A stretch of DNA of 64,000 nt, from positions 124,001 through 188,000 of the forward strand of contig CP145424.1 in assembly GCA_036867785.1 (NCBI GenBank). The letters are read 5' to 3'. Source of the DNA: Plasmodiophora brassicae. Lineage: Eukaryota. Shown here one piece after another: positions 13,260 to 25,768 of the stretch. The notes below the pieces were generated by a model. It was given only the letters and a program-made list of their open reading frames with translations, was not told the DNA's origin and searched no databases. The position numbers and the translations under genes are program-made. Each line of letters begins with the position of its first letter. Within the stretch, counting starts at the first letter, position 1.

Positions 13260-13303
13260 GGGTACATGCTGGCTGTGGGCCGGGTACATGCTGGCTGTGG
13301 GCC
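13260..13303. repeat. 22-bp perfect tandem duplication (GGGTACATGCTGGCTGTGGGCC x2)
   Basis: Read directly from the sequence. Confidence 0.85.
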
Positions 13304-13929
13304 GGACGTTGAACCCAGTCGGACAGGTTACCACGATCGCTGCCGGACGACGCCACGCCGAGTTGCAGGCAACGTCGACCGCTGCCGTTATGTCGTCCCC
13401 GTTGCCGGTGTCGGTGGACGTCTCCCGTGCCTCATAGACCGTAATGCCAAGGGGTCTTCGCCGGCGCCCTGGTACAGACGTTGCCAACACATCGGGCCTG
13501 CACCGGCGAACCTCAAGATCAGGCGGATCGCCCTCAACGTCCACGCGTGCCTGGTCGTCTGCGGGCTTGCGCAGCGCCAAGCGCACGCTCTAGCGGTCGT
13601 ATAGAAGATCGCCGGACGGGCAATCGGTCGCTGGGTCAGGAATATTGTTTTCCACTAGAAACGAGCAATGTCGCGGGTCTGCAGGTTCCCGCCTGCTACA
13701 ATAGCTGGCGTCGGCTGAAGAGCGAGCAGTACGCCTCCCATTTGTTTGGCATACTGCAACCTGACATGCTGCTTGTAGCAGTGGTGCTTGCCGCCCGTGC
13801 CGCTACTCCCGTCCGCGCCACATAAGCCAAGATAGTATAGATACGCCCGTGCCAGCCAGTAATAAGTAGCGACTGCCCCCGCGCCACGGAGTCCGCCGCG
13901 GACTTCGTGGCCCCCGCAGAAGTTGCGAG

Positions 13930-14538
13930 ATGGCATCTGCCGACGTGACGCCGCCAGCATCGGACGCTGCTGCGCCTGGGTCGTCGTCCGCGGTCGACCC
14001 GGCCCCGGTACATCTGCTGCTGTCGAAATGGACGCTCTGGTTCGACTCGCCGCAGGGCGGTCGCCAGTCGTACACGAACGTCGACTGGGGCGCCAAGATG
14101 AAGGAGGTCCTGTCGTTCGAATCGGTCGAGGACTTCTGGCGCCTCTTCAACAACATCAAACCGCCGTCGGCCATTGCCACGAACGCGAACTACCACCTGT
14201 TCAGGCACGGGGTCCAGCCCGCCTGGGAGGACCCGATGAACGCCAACGGCGGGCGATGGAAGATTGAGCTGAAGAACCCGCAGGAGTTCGACTCGCTCTG
14301 GCGATTAATCACGGCCGCCATCGTCGGCGAGGCGTTCGACTGCAGCGACCACGTGTGCGGCGTGATTGCCAGCCCGCGCAAGAACGTCCTCCGCATCAGC
14401 GTCTGGATGAAGGACGCCGCCGACGAAGCGGCCGTCGTTACGGTCGGCAAGGCCCTGAAGGACGCCATCAAGTACGCGAACGCCATGGACTTTGAGGAGC
14501 ACAACAAGAAGTCGTCGTCGAAGAAGATCACCGTCTAA
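13930..14538 (+). CDS. eIF4E: Translation initiation factor eIF4E (intronless)
   Basis: 'HLLLSKWTLWFD', 'VEDFW', 'YHLF..GVQPAWEDPMNANGGRW', 'VCGV', 'RISVW'. Confidence 0.96.
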   Translation: MASADVTPPASDAAAPGSSSAVDPAPVHLLLSKWTLWFDSPQGGRQSYTNVDWGAKMKEVLSFESVEDFWRLFNNIKPPSAIATNANYHLFRHGVQPAWEDPMNANGGRWKIELKNPQEFDSLWRLITAAIVGEAFDCSDHVCGVIASPRKNVLRISVWMKDAADEAAVVTVGKALKDAIKYANAMDFEEHNKKSSSKKITV

Positions 14539-14655
14539 AATGGTGGCCATTCCTACGTCTGTGTGTGTGTGGTGCATGACGTTCGTGAAGGCCCAGCAGT
14601 GGGCTAGGGCTAAGCTTTAGGGTTGCGCCCGCAACGGCCCCGACTGATCAACGAT

Positions 14656-16820
14656 ATGGAGGGCGAGCTGCGCGGCGTGTTGCAGTCGACGAACGAGTCG
14701 CTGGAGGCGCTGCGCGACGCGCACGAGCTGCTGAAGAAGGCGCATGCGAGGCAGGCGGAGAAGCTGGCGGCGGCCGAGGCGCGCGCCCAGGAGGCCGAGG
14801 CGGCGCGCGAGCGCACGCTCGGCGAGTGCCGCGCGCTGTACGCCGACTGGGGCGCGCAGCTGAACGCGCAGGCCCTGGAGTTCAAGGCCGTCGAGGCGCA
14901 GATGGTCCCGCTGCACCAGGTGCAGCTCGCCAGGCTCGCCGCCGCCGACGACCTGCGCCAGGCGCACAGCGCCGAGGTCGCCGACCTGCAGGCGAGGGTC
15001 GACGCGGCCCGCGACGCCCTGCACCAGTCCAGGAGGGAGTGCCAGAGCGCCCGGGCGCAGCTCGACGACGCCGTCGCCGAACGCGACACCTGCGTCAGGA
15101 TGCGCGACGGCCAGACGGCGCAGATCCACGAGTGCGCGCGCCCTCCCCGTCCTGTTGCGCGCTATTTCTGACGTCGCTGCGCGCGCAGGTTGCGGAAGGC
15201 GCGCCTGGACGAGGCGTCGCGGGCCGACGCGATCCGGAGCGACCTGACGGACCAGATCCGGGACCTGGACAGGAAGCTGTCCGAGCAGCGCCTGACGAAC
15301 GGGCAGTTGCGCGCCGAGCTCGACGACGTGCGCGCCGACAACGACAAGGTGACCGCGTCGAGGGCCGCCCTGGAGCTGCAGCACATCCAGGACGTCAAGC
15401 AGCTGCAGTCGCAGATCGGCATCCTGTCTGCCCAGCTCGACATGGCGGCCGCGAGGACGTCCGCCGCGAACGACGCCCGCGACCAGGCGCTGGCCCAGCT
15501 GCGCGACGTCGAACTCGATTGCAGACGCCTACGCCTGCAGGGTAAGCCGGGCGCGACGCGAAGACACCGACCGACCGACCGAACGTGGCTGGCTGTGTAG
15601 TGCTGGAGCAGGAGCGGTGCCTGGCAGAGGAGCGGACGGCGCACGACCGCGAGCGCGTCGAGGCCAAGGCGCGATACGACCAGGACCGCGTGCAGCTGGA
15701 AGGCGGGCGGGCGCACCTGGAGCGCCAGGTCGAGAACCACCTGGCGCGGATCGCCCAGCTGGAGCGCAGCGCGCAGGACGCCGTCGCCCAGCACGAGGAA
15801 CGCACCCGGACCCTGGAGGCCTCCTGCAAGGACGAGGTCGACGCCGCCCAGACGGCCCTGCAGGCCCTGCAGGGCCGCGTCCGCGACCTGGAAGCCGCCC
15901 TGGCCAAGGCACAGGACCAGGCGGCGCTGAGCGACGAGCGATTGCAGGCCGAGGTACCCACTCGATGAGGGCTGGCGCTGCGTGGCGGGCTGACGCGCGC
16001 CTAGGTCGGCCGGGCAGCGCAACAGGAGCAGGACGCGCGGGCGGCGCTGGAGACGAGCCGAGGCGAGGTGTCCCGGCTGGAGGCCAGCCTGGCGCGTGTT
16101 CGTGCCGAATGCGACGCGGCGACGAACGCGCAGCGGGTGCTGCAGGCCCAGGTCGACGAGCGCAACGTCGCCGTGAAAGCGGCACAGGCCGCCTGCCGGC
16201 AGACCGAGGGCGACCTGAAGGCCGCCAACGAAGCCGTCGCGCGATGGCAGCAGAAGGTGAGCGGCGAGGGGACGGCGGTGCGCGCTGATGATGAGTGCCT
16301 GGGCGGCAGGCGACGTCGCTGGAGGTGGACGGCGCCAGGGAGTCGGCCGAGTGGAGCGCCGAGCGCACGCTGCTGGTCGGCCAGGTGCAGGACCTGGACC
16401 AGCGGTACCGACAGGCGGCCCTGAAGGTGAAGGACCTCGAGGCGGAGGCGGCGCAGTCGCAGGCGGCGCTGGAGGCGACGATCCGCAGCCTGAAGAAGGT
16501 ACGGACGGGCTGGCCCTCCCCGACCCGGTTGTACCGACGATCTGAACGGTGGAACGCCCCCACAGGACCGCCTGAAGCAGAAACAGACGACGAAAGAGCT
16601 GCGGGAGCGCCTGGCGGATGTGATACGCGAGCTGGCTGCTGTGAAACAGGTGCGGCGTGTACCGCGGGCGCGCTCCGGGCGCGCGATGCACTGACAGGGC
16701 AGTGACGTCGGACAGGGCGCCAGCGAAGGTGACCCGATGCCGTCCATCAAGGAGCTCCTGGAGCAGCAGAGCGAGTCGGACGCGCAGATCAAGGATCTCA
16801 TGGCCCGGATACCCATCTAG
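14656..16820 (+). CDS. Long coiled-coil protein, about 7 exons
   Basis: Chain of A/E/Q/R/L-rich heptad ORFs linked by GT..CTGAC..AG introns (for example 15542-15600, 16257-16309, 16499-16565). Confidence 0.75.
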
Positions 16821-16977
16821 CGCGCCTACACACTGCTGGACGTCGTCGTCCACTCCCTGCGTGTCCATCTACACGAATACACGGGCGACATCCGCTGCCA
16901 TCCATTCAGGCACGCAGGAGGGTGGACGGGGCCACCACTGGCGCTCCGCATGAACGTTCGTTGGACAGCATATACGT

Positions 16978-18104
16978 TTACGATATTTGGCGGTCCTCGA
17001 GCACGGAGGGTACGACGGCCCGGTCCAGGTCTCGTAGGCGTTCCAGGACGGGTACCGCGCCCAGCTGCTCGATGAGCTTGTCCAGCTGCGCCCAGCGGGA
17101 CGCGTCGTCGCAGACGGCGGCCCGGTGCGCGTCCGACGCGCAGTGCAGGTCGACATCGGCGACCATCACTTTGCAGGACTCGCAGTACCCGGCCCGCGTC
17201 GTCGTCGTCGTCGTCTTCTTCGCCTTCTTCCTCGGGCGATCCAATTCCAGCGCCGACGCTAGGCTCCTGCACCGCCGGGAGACGAACGGGCAATCCGGCG
17301 GGAACGAATCGGAGTGCAGGCGGGGCGGGCCGTCGACGAGCTCCTTCCACTGCGACGACGAACCCGGGTCAGATGCGAGTGCGACCTGCCGCGCGATCGC
17401 GCCGTCCCGCTTACGATGGGCAGGTGCTCCTCCTGCAGGTCCTGCAACCCGACCTTGTTCCTCGTGTACGAGGGCAGCTCGCGCGTGCTCGCCCGCCTGA
17501 GACACAGCGACAACCCGCCGGTCAGCGTTTCGACGAGGACCCCATTCCTCATCGGGACGGCGGACGCAGACCTGGGCTTCTCCAGCGACGTGGTGGTCGG
17601 CTGGCGCGACTTGACGCGCCTGAGCAGGGCGTCGACGGTGATGACGGCGACGCCGAGGTGCCGGGCGCGTTCGATGTGGTCGATGCGCTGCACGGGGTCG
17701 ACATGGGCGCCGGCGCCGGCCGACGCCTTCAGCGCCAGCTGCGCCGAGCGTTTCCTCGCCGACGCGATCGTCCTGGCGATCGGTTCGACCGCGTTGTGCT
17801 GCGACAGCGGCCGCTTGCGGTTCGACACGAGGTACTGGACGCCCGGCGACAGGATCGGGACGAGGCGGGCGCCCTGGCCGGACAGGGCGCGCCTGATCGA
17901 CGACAGGCGAGAGGACACAACGGTGCAGTCGGGGTCGACGGCGAACGCGACGCCCAGGACGCCGCCGCCGCCGGTGGACCGCGCCCTGTCGTGGTGCGAT
18001 TCCGACGCGACGCTCGAGTGGCGGCTGACCAACAGGGCGCCCGGCGCCGCCCCCAGCGTCGCCGTGCTGTCGCTGCGCTTCGGATCCGGCAAAGGGGGCA
18101 GCAT
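16978..18104 (-). CDS. DBF4: Dbf4/ASK-like Cdc7 kinase regulatory subunit
   Basis: BRCT-like motif N ('GARLVPILSPGVQYLVS..IERARHLGVAVITVD'), motif M-like region, and C-terminal DBF zinc finger 'GYCESCKVMVADVDLHCASDAHR..WAQLD'. Confidence 0.82.
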
Positions 18105-18585
18105 GGCGTGTGCGCGCCAATGATACTGTCGGCGCGGATCGACGCCGGACGACGCGGGCTGCCCCTGGCCCCGGGGGGTCGACAGACAGACGCGGCAGCC
18201 CGAAGAGATCCGAAGTTGGCGCCCGGCGCGGCGTCCCCAGAGGCGCGCGCAAAAAAACACACACCGGGTGCCAGCGAGTTGCGAGCGTTTTTTTCGGTTT
18301 GTTGGTCGACCTGCTGCTGCTGGCTACTGGCCCGGTCTGCGCGCGCCACAGTCACACAGCGACGACCATTGCGCGGCATATCGCCGCTGGTCTGCGGGGC
18401 CTGCCACGGCAGAGACGACTCGAACGACGATAGCGTTATGGCGCTGGTCGAATTCGGGTAGGCACTCGAAGGAGGGCGACATCACGGTTTGGGGCGATGA
18501 AGGGCGCAGGTTCGGCCGCGTGCTGGCGGACGGTCGGCCGTTCGGCCGGATGTCGGCCGCCCCGGCAAAGCAGTTCCGTTCCAGG

Positions 18586-19164
18586 ATGAAGCTGGTCTGC
18601 GGCGTCGTAGCGCTGGCCCTGGTTTCGGGCGCCCTGTCCGCTGAGTTCTCCTGCGACAACAGCACGCTGATCTACGTGGTCGACGACCCGAACAACCAGA
18701 CGGAGGCGTTCTCGGCGTCGAACCCGTTCGCCGGTGGCATCGTGTTGACGCATATCAACAACGCCACGTCGACCTACCACTGGAGTGCCTCGAACAAGAC
18801 GTGGGTGAAAGACGCCAGCCCCGTGCAGCAGTGCAACGTCAGCGTCATCACCGACCACGACACGTTCCCGAAGTGCCTCAACGTGAGCGGGATGCCGTTC
18901 TGCCAGGCGCCACCCGAGCTGATCGTCAAGCAGCGAGCGAGGACGAACCTGACGACCGCCGAGATTCGTTCGCAACCGCCAATCGTATCGCTCGTCTGCG
19001 AGACGCCCAACACCGCGTTCCTGAACGTGGTCCTCGGGCAGCTCGGGTCCCGTTTCCTGACCGCATACGCCAACGAACAGGTCCTGAAACAGCAACCAGA
19101 GTACAACAGCAACACCGTAAGCTTCATCACGGCGCTTTCCAACAAGACCTCTTGCAATGCCTGA
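18586..19164 (+). CDS. Small secreted Cys-containing glycoprotein (192 aa), unknown function
   Basis: Signal peptide 'MKLVCGVVALALVSGALSA', six Cys in the mature part, about 8 N-x-S/T sites, intronless. Confidence 0.8.
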   Translation: MKLVCGVVALALVSGALSAEFSCDNSTLIYVVDDPNNQTEAFSASNPFAGGIVLTHINNATSTYHWSASNKTWVKDASPVQQCNVSVITDHDTFPKCLNVSGMPFCQAPPELIVKQRARTNLTTAEIRSQPPIVSLVCETPNTAFLNVVLGQLGSRFLTAYANEQVLKQQPEYNSNTVSFITALSNKTSCNA

Positions 19165-19319
19165 TCCTGTTACCATCGTTTGAGTCTGCCTGGTGTGACG
19201 GTTCTGGATAAACACTTTGCGCAACGTTCTCTCTATATCAGTTGCCGTTGGCCGGTCAGTCGACTGGCGAGCACTGCCGGCGACGGGGTCCGCGGCGGAC
19301 TCCGTGGCACAGCCGGGCC

Positions 19320-19787
19320 ATGGCGGGACGGGCGCGCCTCGTCACCTTCGAGCTGGATCGCAGCGAATCGGAACGTCTGGCCCGGTCGTGGCTGGCGGCA
19401 ACGTCGGGCTGTGATACGGTCGATGCAGAATCAGTCGTGGAACCAGAAACCTGCGCGGCGGCACCTGCACGGCGGTGCGGTCTGGGTGCGAAACCGTCAC
19501 ACCAGCAGTCGACCCTGACGTCGACACCAGTCATCCGCAAGATCACGAAAGCCATTGCAAGGCGTGCGGATGACGTCGTCGACCTTCGCAAAAGAACTAT
19601 CGACGACGACGACGACGACGATGACGATGATGATGATTGCCGAGGCAAGGCAACGGAGAAACGGCGCAAGTCGTATTCCGAGTTCCAGTCGTCGCTGGCG
19701 TCGACGGACGACATCCAGCGCGCAATCCGCCAGACCGCCAAGAAACGCAAGCAGCGCGGCCGACAATCGTCGAGCAACGACCCCTGA
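19320..19787 (+). CDS. Small hypothetical acidic/basic protein (poly-Asp tract, basic C-terminus)
   Basis: 155-aa ORF from ATG 19320 with a (GAC/GAT)n tract and NLS-like 'KKRKQR'. Confidence 0.55.
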   Translation: MAGRARLVTFELDRSESERLARSWLAATSGCDTVDAESVVEPETCAAAPARRCGLGAKPSHQQSTLTSTPVIRKITKAIARRADDVVDLRKRTIDDDDDDDDDDDDCRGKATEKRRKSYSEFQSSLASTDDIQRAIRQTAKKRKQRGRQSSSNDP

Positions 19788-19952
19788 TGGAACCATATAG
19801 TATTCGCATAAGTTATTTACCCATTTATGTGTGCGTGTGTGTGTGTATGTGCGTGTGTGTGCATGCCAGTCTGTATATGTAAGGTCTCTAGGGTTTATCG
19901 CTATATCGCGCCCTACCGAGCCGACTTCGACATCCTGCTTGGTGCGGCGTCG

Positions 19953-22385
19953 CTATTGCACGACGCGACCAACGGCGGGGTCGAACACGGCTCGCTCGAT
20001 CTGACCCCACTGCTCCACGATGGGGACGACCCTGTTCTCGATGAACGCGATCAGGTTCTCCAGCTGGGCGTCCGTGATCTGCAGCGTGTTCGTGGAGAAC
20101 GTCCGCACGCGGCGTATCCACTGGATGGTGCCCGACTTGGTCGCGCACCACGCCTGCTTCTGGAACTTCTTCATCCGCTTCGCCTGCATCTTGAAGGCGT
20201 AGCCTAGGTTGGTCAGCGCCCGGAAGAAGCTCTTCTTCTTGCTCTTCAGCGACACGACCGTGTCCGCCTCCGTCGAGATGCACTCGCAGATCGAGTCGAC
20301 GACGAACAGGCCCTGCGGCAGGACGACGGACAGCTGCTGCGTCGGGCTGTACGGGAACTCCAGCTCGCGCTGGTTCTTGGCGGCGTACACCATGTAGTAC
20401 CTATTTGCGCGGACATGCGCCCCGGTCAGTGTTGGCTGCACAGCGCGCACCGCCGTGCCATTGTACCATTCGAAGGGCTCGTCATTGTCGAACGTGCAGC
20501 GGCAGACGTAGCGCGTGACTTGGTCGGTGGACGACGCGCACCGCACCGACGTGAAATCCTTGGGCATGGGCCGGCCCTCGCCGGGCGCCACCGGGGCCGC
20601 CGACGCCGACGCCGTCGACGCCTGGTGCGCCGCCGCCGACACGATCGCCAGCGGCGTCATGACCGGCGCCGGCACGGGCACGCCACCGGTGCGCGCCGTC
20701 TCCACCGGCGCCGTCCTCGATGACGACGCGGGTTTCGGGCGGAACGCCGACTCGGACGCGTGGTGACGCAGGGCGCCGGACACCTTGGGGAACTTGGCCG
20801 ACGGGATCGGCGTCGTCGGTCGCATCGTCATCGGTTGGCGCACATCGACCGTCGCCGGCACCAGGCGGGGCGTGCGCGCGACGAACGCCGGCGGCACGCC
20901 ACCTTCGCAGATGCCAGGCTCGAAAACGGGATTGGCGACGATCGGTTGGCGTTCGGCGGGCGACATGACCAACAGGGACCGTAACGCGCTGGCGTACCTG
21001 GGCGCCAGGTCGCGCTGCTCGACGATGCGCTGCTTCTCGCGATCTGCCAGGCTGTGCAGCTTGCTGACGAGTGACGACAGGGTCGCTTCGGCGACGCTCG
21101 ACGGCACGTCCAGCTGCATGACTCCGTGGACCTCCTTGTCGATCCACTCGTCGACCTGTGCCACGATCTGGTCGTTCAGGCACAGCGCGCGTTCCCGCTG
21201 GACCATGTCGACGATGTCGTCGGGCAGCGGGGCGCCCACCGTGCCGAGGGCGTCCTGTACCAGGCCGTGCGCCGCCTCGCGTCGCTGCGCGACGAGGTGC
21301 TTGACGTGGGCGACCAGGGCGCACGCCAGGCGCAGCGTCCGCAGCAGGATCGTCAGCTTGCGGTCGTTGTCGCGCGCCTGCAAACGCTGCTGATGGTCGA
21401 GCAGGTTCAGGAACTGGGCAACGGATTCGTCCGCCAGACGGTCGCAGATCGACGTCACCTCGTCCAGCGACATGGCCCTGCATCAGCCCCAGTGTGCAAG
21501 TCAGTACGATCGGAGACGGGCCAGCGCGCGCTGTTTGACCTACGCCCAGGATTCGCCACCTTGCTCGATGCGTTGCGCGCGATCGAGCTGGAGTCTGGTC
21601 TGGTGGAGGGTAGCGGCGCCGGCCTCGTCGACGATGCCGATGCGCTCGAGCAGTTTCACGTTCTCGGACAGGGTGACCTTGGCGAGCATGGCCCGTGACG
21701 AGGCGCGCATGGATCGCTGCGCCTGGTCCCGTTGCAGGCGCTGCTGGAGCTCCACGAGCTGGTGCTCGCTGGACGACGTCGGCGTCGGCGATGTGGCCGC
21801 CCGCATGCTGACGTCGCCCAGCATGTCCAGCGCCGCCTGACCGACGCTGCGCGCCAGCAACGCTTCATCGTAGGCCGACACGCGCTCCTCGCTGTCCTCA
21901 ACCGAGCGCGTATCTTCGTCGTCCGTGTCGTCGTCATCGTCGTCGCCGTCGCCGTCGTCGATATCCATCGCGGGCTTCTCGCCAACGGTGCGCTCGCGGT
22001 CGTCGTCGTCGTCGTCGACACCGGCCACCGCCCTGCTCTTGGTCTTCATCATGTCCAGTTCGTCGGCCGATGATGCCTGGATCGGAACCGGCCGCGTCCT
22101 TTGCTGTTGCGGAGCGGGCGTTGTGGCCCCCACGAACTCCTGGGCGCACGGGGTCGACTGACTGGCGTACGGAGGCCTACGGCGTCCCCGGAGTGCCCGG
22201 TTCCGGCGCCGGGCTGCCCCGCGGCACCCCCCAGTGCAGCGGATCCGCGTCGGAGTGCGCCTGCTCGGAGACCGGGACGACCTGCAGTGCCGGAACGGCA
22301 CGAAAAAGGCCGTAGCGCTGCCCGCAAGTGGGGTGCTGCGCGCCGTCCCACTGATGATGCGCACACGCGGCACGCCGTGCAACAT
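19953..22385 (-). CDS. Hypothetical multi-exon protein (acidic N-terminus, helical middle, globular C-terminal domain)
   Basis: ORFs 21540-22424 and 19953-21473 with strong GC3 bias, joined by an intron at about 21480-21540. The 5' start is uncertain. Confidence 0.7.
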
Positions 22386-22477
22386 CCGACCCGGCAGTTT
22401 TGTCCGCGTAGTCGCAGAAGGCAACCCCGACGCGACACCGCGGACACCTAGTCATAGTCGCAGTTGGCCGCCGCGAC

Positions 22478-25462
22478 ATGGTGGACAGGCCGGCGTCGCG
22501 GATCGTCGTGAATCAGCCGTCGGCGCACGACGATGTCACCGAGGTTGAGACGGGCGGCGGGCCCGCCCTCATGAGCTACTTTGTGAACCGGCGCCTCAGC
22601 GGGGTGCGCTACGACCTGTTCCTGGTCACGCGGCTGATCATATGGATGCTGCTTGTCATGCACATCTTCTCTGTCGTCGTCGCCGTCGTCTGCTTCGCCC
22701 ACGGCCAGTTGTCTGATGCCGTGATGGCGCTGGCGCTCACGCTGGCCATCACCGGCGTCCTCGGGTTCATCGTCAGCACGCGCATCTTCCAAATCAGCTC
22801 CGCCAAGGACATCTCGTCCGAGGCGCTCGCACGTCTAACCGACCATATCTACCTGATTGGAAACATGGTCATCGGGTCCATCTTTATTGTCGACCTCGCC
22901 CATGAGATTGCCACGAACGGGGACGGCATCAGCACGCCGGTCAACGCCTTGTACCCGTTGCTGGCTAGCCTGTTGACCGGGTCGAGACGGGCGGCCGTGT
23001 TCTGGACGGCGGCCGGCTGGCTGGACCTGAACTTCCTGCCGGCCAGCACGCTGGCGTCCAACGACTTCAACGCGAGGTGCTCGACGACGCCGGACCTGGC
23101 ATGGCGCCTGGCCGTCAGCAACGTCGTCTACATCATCGTCTGCATCGTCTCCTACAAGGTGAACAAGATCATCCAGAGCAAGCGGCTGTTCGACGACAAG
23201 AAGTACGACGACGTGCAGAACGCACTCGATACATCCAAGGCGTTCATCGCGAATGCCACCCACGAACTACGTACGCCGTTAACGCAGATCATCGGGCTAG
23301 GTATGCTGAGCGGGTGCCCACCGAACCCGCGCCGCCGTGCTAATCGCAGTGTCTGCCGTCCCAGTGCAATTGTGTGCGGAGACCGACCTTGACGAGAACC
23401 AGCGCGACCTGGTGGAGACCATGCACGCGTCGGCGGAAACGTTACTCGCACTCGGTCCGTCGTCTGTCGCGCTACCGTTCTCCGTCGACTCATGCGGCTG
23501 GCTGCACAGTGAACGATGTCCTTGACTACCAGAAGATAACGTCAGGGAAGTGCGCGCTGGAGGCCATTCCCTTCAACATCGTGACCATGGTCCGCAGTAT
23601 ACTGAAGGTTGGTCTTGCCGGCTTCCCCCACTCCAGGCTCCGAGGGGCCCTAGCTAACCGTGCGCATCCGCCCACCTGACCTAGTTGGTTCGCGGCAACG
23701 CCCCAGGATCGTCGCCGATCGAGATCGTTGGGGACATCACGTCGAGGGTGCCCGAGATTATCATTGGCGACCCGGTACAGTAGTCGCCAGCGTCGGCCAA
23801 CGGGCATTGGATTGTGAAACCGATTCCTGCAGATGCGCCTGCGGCAGATCCTGCAGAATGTGATCGGCAACGCCGTCAAGGTCGGTGAGGGCGCTGGAGC
23901 GCGCGCTGTGCACGCCGGGGCGCTCCCTGACCTTCCCCTGTTTCGCTACGCAGTTCACGATCGACAACACGAGGAACGAGATCGTCGTCACGATCGACGT
24001 CGACACGGAGAGCGCGCGCGACGACGATGGCTGGCTGTCGCTGCTGATCACGGTCGCCGACAAGGGCATCGGCCTGACGGAGACGGCCATCGACGGCCTG
24101 TTCAAACCGTTCTGGCAGGCATCGCCCGAAACGACCCGGATGTACGGCGGGACGGGCCTGGGCCTGTCGGTACGATCATTGGTCGTCTGCGGCACCGGCT
24201 GCGCCCAGCATACTGACTTGCACGCGCGTCAGATATGCCAGTCGTTGGTGCGGTTGATGGGCGGGCGGATCTATGCGACGTCGCCGGGGCGGAACCTGGG
24301 CACGACGTTCCACATGTCGATCCCGTTTCGGTACGACCCGAGCCACATGCCGCCGGCCGACACAGACATTACGCTGACGGGGCCGCTGGCGCCGTTTGCC
24401 GTCGTCTACGACAACGTGCCGATAGCGCTGACGAAGCTGTCCTGCGTCGTCAGCGAGCTCGGGTTCCGCCCGGTGCCGTTCAGCGATTTCTCCGACCTGC
24501 GCCAGTTCATGTCGCAGCACGCCGATCGTGTCGGTGTCGCCGTCCTCGACGTCGTCGACGACCACGACCGCACCCATCACCTGCCTGGCGTCATGGAGGC
24601 TTGGCCGACCGTGCCCGTTGTCGGGTTGTTCGCCCTGGGCACGCCCCACGACGCGAGCACCGACCCGAACCGGCTGTACGTCCTGCACAAACCGGTCGTG
24701 ACGACCTGCGTGTCGAAGGCGGTCCTCGAGATGACGCGAAGGAAATCGGTGGCCAGGACGCCCTCGATATCGTTCAAGCAATCGCCGCGGCTGTTCGCAG
24801 CACAATCCCTGCACCTGCTCCTCGTCGACGGTATACTAGGATTGGGCGCCGTCACTATTGCCGTCTGATCGCCTGCGACAGATAACGCCATCAACCTCAA
24901 GGTCATCGGCCGCATCATAGAGACGGCCGGCTATACGTACGAGACGTGTACCAACGGGCGTGAAGCGATCGACCTGGTCAGGGCACGCATGTTCGTTGAC
25001 AACCCGCCGACCCGCCTGCGACCGTTCGACGCCGTCCTCACCGACCTCATGGTACGTAGTCGGTCGGGTACCGGACGACCCGCCGCGTCGAACGCCGCCG
25101 TCCTGACGCGACCGTCGCATGTCACATAGATGCCCGTCGTGGACGGCCTGGATTTCGCCAAGGCGGTTCGCGATGACGAGCGGGCCGCCATTGCCGGCGC
25201 TGTGGCACCGCCGTCGTCCCACCTGGTTATTATCCTGATCACGGCGGCCGCCATCTCCAACAGCCAGGCGGACCCGCGCCTCATCTACGTCGACGACGTC
25301 CTGCCCAAGCCGTTCTCCCGCAACCAGCTGATCGCCAAGATGGCCGAGCTGATGACCAGGCGCCGGTCCGCCGGGACGACGCCCGGCGCCGCCACACCGA
25401 CCAACGCCACCGACGCAGGTGCCCGCCTCGGCGACCCCGCGCCTCTGGATAAACCTAAATAA
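22478..25462 (+). CDS. Membrane-bound hybrid sensor histidine kinase (multi-TM, HisKA, HATPase_c, degenerate receiver, receiver)
   Basis: H-box 'FIANATHELRTPL', N-box 'LRQILQNVIGNAVK', G1 'DKGIG', G2 'YGGTGLGL', and receiver 'LLVDDNAINLKV..LTDLMMPVVDG..ITA..PKPF'. Several short introns. Confidence 0.93.
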
Positions 25463-25768
25463 TTGTAACACGTACATGAGCTGGTTCACTGGCGAAACGG
25501 CGCGCGGTGCAGTTCACGCGGCGGGGTTTCGCGCGCTCCTCCCGTAAGTGGTCCGGCAAAACAGGCCAGGAGGATCGCGGTGGCCCACGTCGACTGTCAC
25601 CGTGGGCGTCGTATTTTTTTGGCGGTTGGAGGCGCAGGGGGCCAGGCAGGCAGGCGCCGTGGCTGACCTCACAGCCACTGACCGATTCGCCAGGTGCGAC
25701 GGGCGTCTTGCGCTGAATGGTGAGACGTGACGTGGACGGCCGCGCCCATTGACTACCGACCTGGGAAC

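Noticed and set aside
13140-13900. Possible small gene between UBE2T and eIF4E
   Set aside because: No consistent ORF, codon bias or motif could be supported.
19828-19862. (TG)n tracts here and near 9356 and 14559
   Set aside because: Ordinary microsatellites in 3' intergenic regions.
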